Source: Prasinococcaceae sp. CCMP 1430
Lineage: Eukaryota > Plantae > Prasinodermophyta
Direction of reading: 5' to 3'
Length of the DNA: 11,225 nt
NCBI GenBank assembly: GCA_013416795.1
Contig: RQSC01000750.1
Span: forward strand, 28,552-39,776
Part shown: piece by piece, positions 6,253 through 11,225 of the stretch
Layout: every line of letters starts with the position of its first letter
Position numbering within the stretch: position 1 is the first letter of the stretch
Notes under the pieces: generated by a model
Databases searched by the model: none
What the model was told of the DNA's origin: nothing
Seen by the model: only the letters and a program-made list of their open reading frames with translations
Translations under genes and position numbers: made by a program

Positions 6253-7836
6253 TCACTTACCCATATTCTCACGATGCCGCATCGCGCGCTGGCACTCGCT
6301 CGCGTCGTAGCCGAAGGCCTCAAAGTCCACGGCGAAGCGCCGCTCGATGACCTCACACGCCGCTGGTGAGTAGTAGTCCTCCCATCGCGTGTGCGGGGAG
6401 ACATTCGCGTGTCGCGCTGAGGCGAATTTGGCCGAGTCGAGCGCTCCGAAGCCATCGGCCCGCCAGATGGGAGCTCCTGCGGGCGGGCGCTGGGCTGCGA
6501 ATGATGCGACGTTTGCCGGCGCTGTTCCACTGTGAGCTAGCTCGGCGTCGCTGGCATTACAGAGCAGCCACTCGAGGCCCTCCGATGAGAACCACAGCCC
6601 CGTTGCACCTGCATCCTCCAACCGAATGACGTGCTACGCCGCGGGGATGATCGCGTGTTTGGGGTGTAGCAGGAGCACGTACACGGGCGGTGGCGAGGAC
6701 GCGGCGTGGACGCAATTGCAACGTCAGCTACGCGCACGGCTTGCCGCTTGCTTGCCTGTAGGGTCGGTGAGAAAGAACATGCACGCCAACGAACGTACCT
6801 TGACTGCCCAGTGTTCTTCGTCACACGTCGTCAGCCAGCGTAATTGACTGGTGCCATGATGCGCGTTGCCAGAATCGCCTTCGCGCCCGCACCACTTCTC
6901 CTTCAACGAACGCAAGCCGATAAGGTTGGGCGCCATGAATCCTTCGTGCTTGGTCGAATTGGCGAGCTGGTCGTGTTCACGCAGCCACTCCGCGAAGTGA
7001 TCGCGCAGCTGCTTTTGCCGCAAAGAGGGGGGGGCATGATTTTGCGTCCCGTGTCCGGGCGGAGCCCCCGTCGTTTCTGTCGCATTTGCCGGCGTTGAGC
7101 CTTCGGCGTCGTCGGCGATGGCACAGACTGGGTAACGATGGGCCATATCGCGAGATGAGTTTGCAGCACTCTTGCAGTGCGCCTGCTTTCCAAATTCATA
7201 CTGGCTAACAGCCCAAGCAAACGGGTTCCTCACACTCGCAAACGTCACCGTGCGCGAGTCATCCCATGATGCCGTGCGCCCGGAGGAGGCTTTCTCCGCC
7301 CGCCGCTGCTTGACAAGCGAACGCTGTCCTTCCGCGACGACATGGTTTAAGCGCGCGAAGTACACTGCTCTGGAGCGCGCCACTGGCGACCTGTTTATGG
7401 CCTGCATCACGCTCGTCCCGCCGGTTTTGGGAATGTGTACAAAGCCGAGCCACCGGCACGCGGTCTCCTCCAGTACATCACCGCCCTCGGAGCCGCCCTG
7501 CCCATTCTCACTAGTGGTTGCAACACCCTTTGCTCCGACGCCGCCTCTAGATTCGACGTCGTCTTCGGCCGCGGCTGCGGTGGAAGCCCATTCCACTTGC
7601 GCGCCGCCGCTGACAGCATCACGGATGTCCTCGTGCTTGTCGCTACGCTCCTTCTCGTAAACGGCTGCCTCCAAGCCCTCCAACGGCACGGCCACTTGTG
7701 TGCCGATGACCTCGTAGTGATTTGTACTGCCATGCCCGCTCGCGTCTTTCGCCCCGTTGGCGTCCGCGGCCGCCGCCGCGGCCAGCAGGAGGGCCCCTCC
7801 CAGCTGCAGCGCTCCGGCGCGCCGCCTGTGCATCAT
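6253..7836 (-). CDS. Sulfotransferase (Sulfotransfer_2 / carbohydrate sulfotransferase-like) with N-terminal signal or anchor; exons 7836 (or 7965)-6799 and 6633-6253
   Basis: 5'-PSB motif GFVHIPKTGGTSV, 3'-PB motif FASVRNPFAWAVSQYEF, junction WAVK|HVIRLED, C-terminal HANVS...WEDYY...IERRFAVDFEAFGY. MMHRRRAGALQLGGALLLAAAAAADA from ATG 7836 looks like a signal peptide; an alternative in-frame ATG lies at 7965. Confidence 0.85.
6634..6798 (-). other. Spliceosomal intron (165 nt, phase 0)
   Basis: On the minus strand: AAG|GTACGT donor at 6798 and CGTAG|CAC acceptor at 6634. It joins ORFs 6724..7965 and 6253..6621 in frame and restores the typical V.RLE motif. Confidence 0.75.
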
Positions 7837-8114
7837 GCCCCGCGAGGCCTCCAGCGCGGCGCGGGCCCCTCCCCAGCAGCCAGCGCTGCTGCCTGTGAGG
7901 CACGCGCGCTGTGGCGCGCCGCATGCCAACAGCGGCCGCACGCATGCGGCACGCGTTTGTGCCATGATGTTTTGAATGCACGCTCACATTCCCGTACAAA
8001 AAAAAATGACCCTGACTGACTGATGGACAACATTGCCGCGCAAAGCACGAGAGTCCGATTGCGCGCATCTCGCTTTGCGCACTGTGGACCGGCCTGTGGC
8101 TATGACTGCCCAAA

Positions 8115-9803
8115 TTACGGCATGAGGCACTCGCAAGAGACCGCCGCGACGACGCTCGTGATGAGTGCGCCGTACGCGATGCCCTCGCCGAGTCGTCCGC
8201 CGCCCTGTGGCGCGCTTGCTAGCGCGCACGCGCACGCAGCGATAGACAAGCCCCAGAAGAGGGAGTGGCGAGCGAGCCGCGGGGCCCTGCTGCGCCAGCT
8301 CCACGCGGGCGAAGTCACATCCTCTGACGGCGCGGTGGCCTGGGGAGACCTGGCACCGGCGGTGTCTGTTGTCGCCGCGATGGGCGGGCCGTACGCAAAG
8401 GGCGCACAGGTGTTAGCATCCAACAAGACGCCAGTCTCCTTCTCGAGATCCTCAAAGGGCGAGACCGCCTTGTCGTCCACGTAAAAGTCCGCGTAAGGTT
8501 TGCCAAAGACCATCTCATCGAAGGGTATGCCCATCGCCCGCAATTGCTGCAACGTGATCTCGCCGACGTCTGCGACAACGCCACCCACGTTGCCTCCGTG
8601 TGTGCGCATTCGTCGCGCCGTGTGGATGATGATCGCATGCCCAGCCGCGTGCAGCTTGCGCACGTTGTCTACCTGCGCAGGTATAGGCTCGCAAGTCGTG
8701 TAGTCGCCGGGAACACGTGGCGCAGTGACGAGCGTGCCGTCGAGGTCGAAGCAGAAACGCTTCGGGCGGCGGGGCGGCGATGCGCGAAGGTGAGCGATCA
8801 GCTGCGAAGGCGTCCCGAGCACCGCGAAGTCTTCTCCCGGCGCGCGCAGGATGAGCGCCACGAATGTCTCGCCTTCGCGCAGCATGCGCGCGATGACGCC
8901 CGAGGTGTAGAGCTCGCCTTTGCCGCACTGATTGCTCTGAAAGTCTTGAAGGTCACTGCACGCCATCGCGCCCTCGATCGCCTCTAGCAAACGCCCGCCG
9001 TGAGCGAAGCAGTAGCAGCCGCTGCATGCGAGCGGGGACATTCCCGTCTTGTCCTTCTCCTTGATGCGATCGATGCGTGGCAGGCCGTCGTCATCAGACG
9101 GCCTCGATTGCCGCGACGGAGAGACGATGTCTGCGGCGTCGTGCGTCTCGGCACGGTCGCTGCTGCGTTGGGCGGTCGCAACAATTTGCACATCTCCTTG
9201 CCGTGCACTACTGGCCAGCCTCACGTATGAATAGACGGGCGCCTCCATGTCGTCGTGAAATACGAAGACCGCGCCGACGCCACGAGACGACGCCCCTTTC
9301 GGGGGTGTGGCGGTGGCAGCGCCGCGCGCATCAGAGGTGCAGCACGCGTCTCGAAATCGCTGCAGCACGTCGACCCCATGGTACACGGTGTCCCCGTCGA
9401 GGAGCACCGTGGGGCGCGCGCGCTCCGTCGGTGAGAGCGCGCGCAGCCCGTACGCCACGGTCTCGGCGGCACCCGACGTTTGGCCATTTAGACGTACAAA
9501 GCGCACCAGATGCCGCGCTCCGCTCGGATCGCAGCCGTCCGATGTCGACAGTGCATCGCGAATGGCTTGCTCGTATCCCTCCGGGATGCCGTGCGGTGGC
9601 TGCGGGTTGTAGACGATCAGGAGTTGGTCGGCTGGTCGCAAGGACAGCTCGCGTAGGAGCAGCGCGAGCATCTCGGTGCCGTCCACGCGCACCAGCGGCT
9701 TCGCGCGCGCGTAGCCTGCGGCAGAGTAGCGACTGCCGAGGCCACCCAGAGGCACGATGACGTTGAGCGCCGGGGGGTGCGACGCGAGCGCATGGGGTGG
9801 CAT
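8115..9803 (-). CDS. Bifunctional sugar-phosphate nucleotidyltransferase (NTP_transferase fold) + capless HAD phosphatase (EcbF/BcbF capsule-biosynthesis-phosphatase-like) with a hydrophobic C-terminus
   Basis: From ATG 9803 (MPPHALASHPPAL): NVIVPLGGLGSRYSAAGYARAKPLV, TSGAAETV, LLDGDT, YSYV, IKEK, ACSGCYCF, GELYTS, VLGTPSQL; then HAD motifs FCFDLDGTLV (I), HTARRM (II), GKP (III), YVDDKA (IV). Two hydrophobic segments at the end. No intron needed. Confidence 0.88.
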   Translation of the reverse strand: MPPHALASHPPALNVIVPLGGLGSRYSAAGYARAKPLVRVDGTEMLALLLRELSLRPADQLLIVYNPQPPHGIPEGYEQAIRDALSTSDGCDPSGARHLVRFVRLNGQTSGAAETVAYGLRALSPTERARPTVLLDGDTVYHGVDVLQRFRDACCTSDARGAATATPPKGASSRGVGAVFVFHDDMEAPVYSYVRLASSARQGDVQIVATAQRSSDRAETHDAADIVSPSRQSRPSDDDGLPRIDRIKEKDKTGMSPLACSGCYCFAHGGRLLEAIEGAMACSDLQDFQSNQCGKGELYTSGVIARMLREGETFVALILRAPGEDFAVLGTPSQLIAHLRASPPRRPKRFCFDLDGTLVTAPRVPGDYTTCEPIPAQVDNVRKLHAAGHAIIIHTARRMRTHGGNVGGVVADVGEITLQQLRAMGIPFDEMVFGKPYADFYVDDKAVSPFEDLEKETGVLLDANTCAPFAYGPPIAATTDTAGARSPQATAPSEDVTSPAWSWRSRAPRLARHSLFWGLSIAACACALASAPQGGGRLGEGIAYGALITSVVAAVSCECLMP

Positions 9804-10049
9804 GGGGCGCGCCCTCGCCTGCCCGATGTTCCCGATCGGCTGGCCACCCGGTCGCAGCCCCCTCGCCGAGCGTCTGCAACAGCTTTTCGCGGGGCTCGGC
9901 GGGCCCACGGCGGTGCGCGCCCGGTCGCACGCGATCGGACGCGCGACGGGAGCGAAGGGGCCGTGAGGGCAGCCGGCTCCCCGGCGGGGCGACCCCGCGC
10001 GCCGCGCGCGAGGTGTGGTGCTGTGCGCCCGCCCGCCTGCTGTCACATC

Positions 10050-10160
10050 TGGCAATTCATACCCCGCCCAATTTCCAAATCCAAGTTTTTCACACAAATT
10101 CGAATCCAGATCAGATCTTCCGTTTCGGGCATATTTCAGAACTTTTCCTGCGGATTCAAG
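10050..10160. promoter_or_regulatory. AT-rich putative bidirectional promoter
   Basis: Low-GC island between the divergent NTP-transferase/HAD gene and the Cys-rich small ORF; contains AATTCGAATCC-AGATCAGATC (10097-10117). Confidence 0.5.
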
Positions 10161-10311
10161 GTGCTCATTGCCGTGCGCGGGCGGGCTGTTGGCGTGCAAG
10201 GAGGGGCGCCACAGCGCCGCTACCACCCCCTCTCCCTGAGGCTCCCTCTCTCGCCCCAGGCAGCAGCGGCCGCGCGTGGCGGCACCTGGCAGCGCAGTCG
10301 GAGCGCGCGCG

Positions 10312-10449
10312 ATGTGCGTCAGCTGTCTGTGCTGGCCATGCGAGTGTTGCGTCGCCATGTGCACCATCCTGTGCGACGCAGCCACCATTGTTTTTTGCTG
10401 CCCGTGCAGGTGCTGCTGTGGCTGTCCCAAGACGTCCGGGGACAAGTAG
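10312..10449 (+). CDS. Cysteine-rich microprotein, 45 aa: MCVSCLCWPCECCVAMCTILCDAATIVFCCPCRCCCGCPKTSGDK
   Basis: Manual translation from ATG 10312 to TAG 10447-10449: 15/45 Cys in CxC/CC/CCC clusters around a hydrophobic core. Downstream of a promoter-like island and of a pyrimidine-rich acceptor (ctccctctctcgccccag, ending 10259); followed by an AT-richer patch at ~10555-10590. Confidence 0.65.
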   Translation: MCVSCLCWPCECCVAMCTILCDAATIVFCCPCRCCCGCPKTSGDK

Positions 10450-10584
10450 GCCGGCCGCTACAGCGACCGCAGCAGAGCACGCCCCTACCAGTGGAGGGCG
10501 CGCGGGCGTACTCGAGCGCATCAGCATTGCGCTTCTGTGCACAAGGGCGCCTCGATGCTATATATCTGTAGACTACAGTACCAA

Positions 10585-10959
10585 CTAGCAAATCATCCCT
10601 CCCGCCATGTTGTTGGACGCCCCACTCTCGTACAGAGCGCTGGCAACAGCGGCTGTGGACAAGCAGACAAAGCTCCCCACCGTCATGGCGCCTAGCACGT
10701 CGCGAACTTGCGATTGAGCGCGTGACCAAGGCCTCGGAGGCTGGGACAAGTGCGCCCAAACTGCGCGCGGGACCTCGTGCGAGATGAGCGGTGCGCCATG
10801 GTCGGCAGGCGGGTGGCCGCCGCGAAGCGCACGCTGCCGCCGGGCGTCGAGCGCCCTGTCGCGTGCCGCGTGAGCACGCGGCTCGGTCCGGCCACGGCCA
10901 CGAATGACACCTTCTGCCTGCCCACACACCGCTGCTTGCGCCGGCGACACGCTACGCAT
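10585..10959 (-). CDS. Hypothetical protein (124 aa) with a hydrophobic C-terminal segment
   Basis: ATG directly next to the AT-rich island at 10955-11045; stop falls in the AT-richer patch shared with the convergent Cys-rich ORF; C-terminal VLGAMTVGSFVCLSTAAVASALY. No recognisable domain. Confidence 0.25.
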   Translation of the reverse strand: MRSVSPAQAAVCGQAEGVIRGRGRTEPRAHAARDRALDARRQRALRGGHPPADHGAPLISHEVPRAVWAHLSQPPRPWSRAQSQVRDVLGAMTVGSFVCLSTAAVASALYESGASNNMAGGMIC

Positions 10960-11045
10960 TTTTCAAGGACACTACATTAACCCTCTATGTCAACCCAAAC
11001 TCGAATTTCGAATAACCCTAACGCGCGAGCTGCCCCCCGAAACCC
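10955..11045. promoter_or_regulatory. AT-rich promoter-like island with TTCGAA and a telo-box-like TAACCCTAA
   Basis: Low GC; TCGAATTTCGAA at 11001-11012; TAACCCTAA at 11013-11021; an ATG at 11201 may start the next + strand gene. Confidence 0.4.
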
Positions 11046-11225
11046 CCACCGGCGGCCGGCGTGTGGACAGAGCGAGCCCACAGCGCGCGCGCGAGGTGCA
11101 CTGGCGACCTGAGGCGAGGGAGGAGGGCGCACTCGCGCCCGCGGCCGTCGACCCGCCCTTGCGTGCCTGCCTGCTCCCGGTTTGGTCGCTCGCGGGCGCG
11201 ATGGCGCGCGCGGCGGCGGCGCGCG

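Noticed and set aside
6756-6798. Alternative 43-nt sulfotransferase intron ending at CTACAG (6756)
   Set aside because: Leads to a frame that stops at 6537 and loses the conserved C-terminal DF..FGY motif.
9804-10445. N-terminal 214 aa of the 776-aa ORF 8115..10445
   Set aside because: Runs through a promoter-like island and antisense to the Cys-rich ORF; recognisable domain sequence begins just after Met at 9803.
11201-11225. Possible start of the next + strand gene (MARAAAAR...)
   Set aside because: Only 8 codons in the window; cannot be supported.

Overview
Gene-dense, very GC-rich eukaryotic genomic DNA with GT-AG introns, Mediator and SS18/GIF-family genes and microsatellites; a green microalga such as a prasinophyte is my inference, not something the sequence proves. 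Left to right: (1) the 3' part of a lumazine synthase gene whose motifs look archaeal/prokaryotic rather than plant-type; (2) ~1.8 kb without a recognisable gene, containing a pure (GC)14 tract, AT-rich promoter-like islands and a compositionally distinct, internally repetitive segment ending at an N; (3) MED22 (+); (4) an SSXT + SHAQKYF-type Myb fusion (-); (5) a spliced WRN/EXD-type 3'-5' exonuclease fused to an RFC1-like BRCT domain (+); (6) a spliced sulfotransferase with an N-terminal signal/anchor (-); (7) a nucleotidyltransferase-HAD phosphatase fusion with a hydrophobic tail (-), in close tandem with the sulfotransferase; (8) a 45-aa ORF with 15 Cys that is missing from the ORF track (+); (9) a weak hypothetical ORF. 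Two short motifs, ACCCACGGG(C/A)GA and TTCGAA, recur in the AT-rich intergenic islands. All family calls are from motif recognition by eye; no searches were run.
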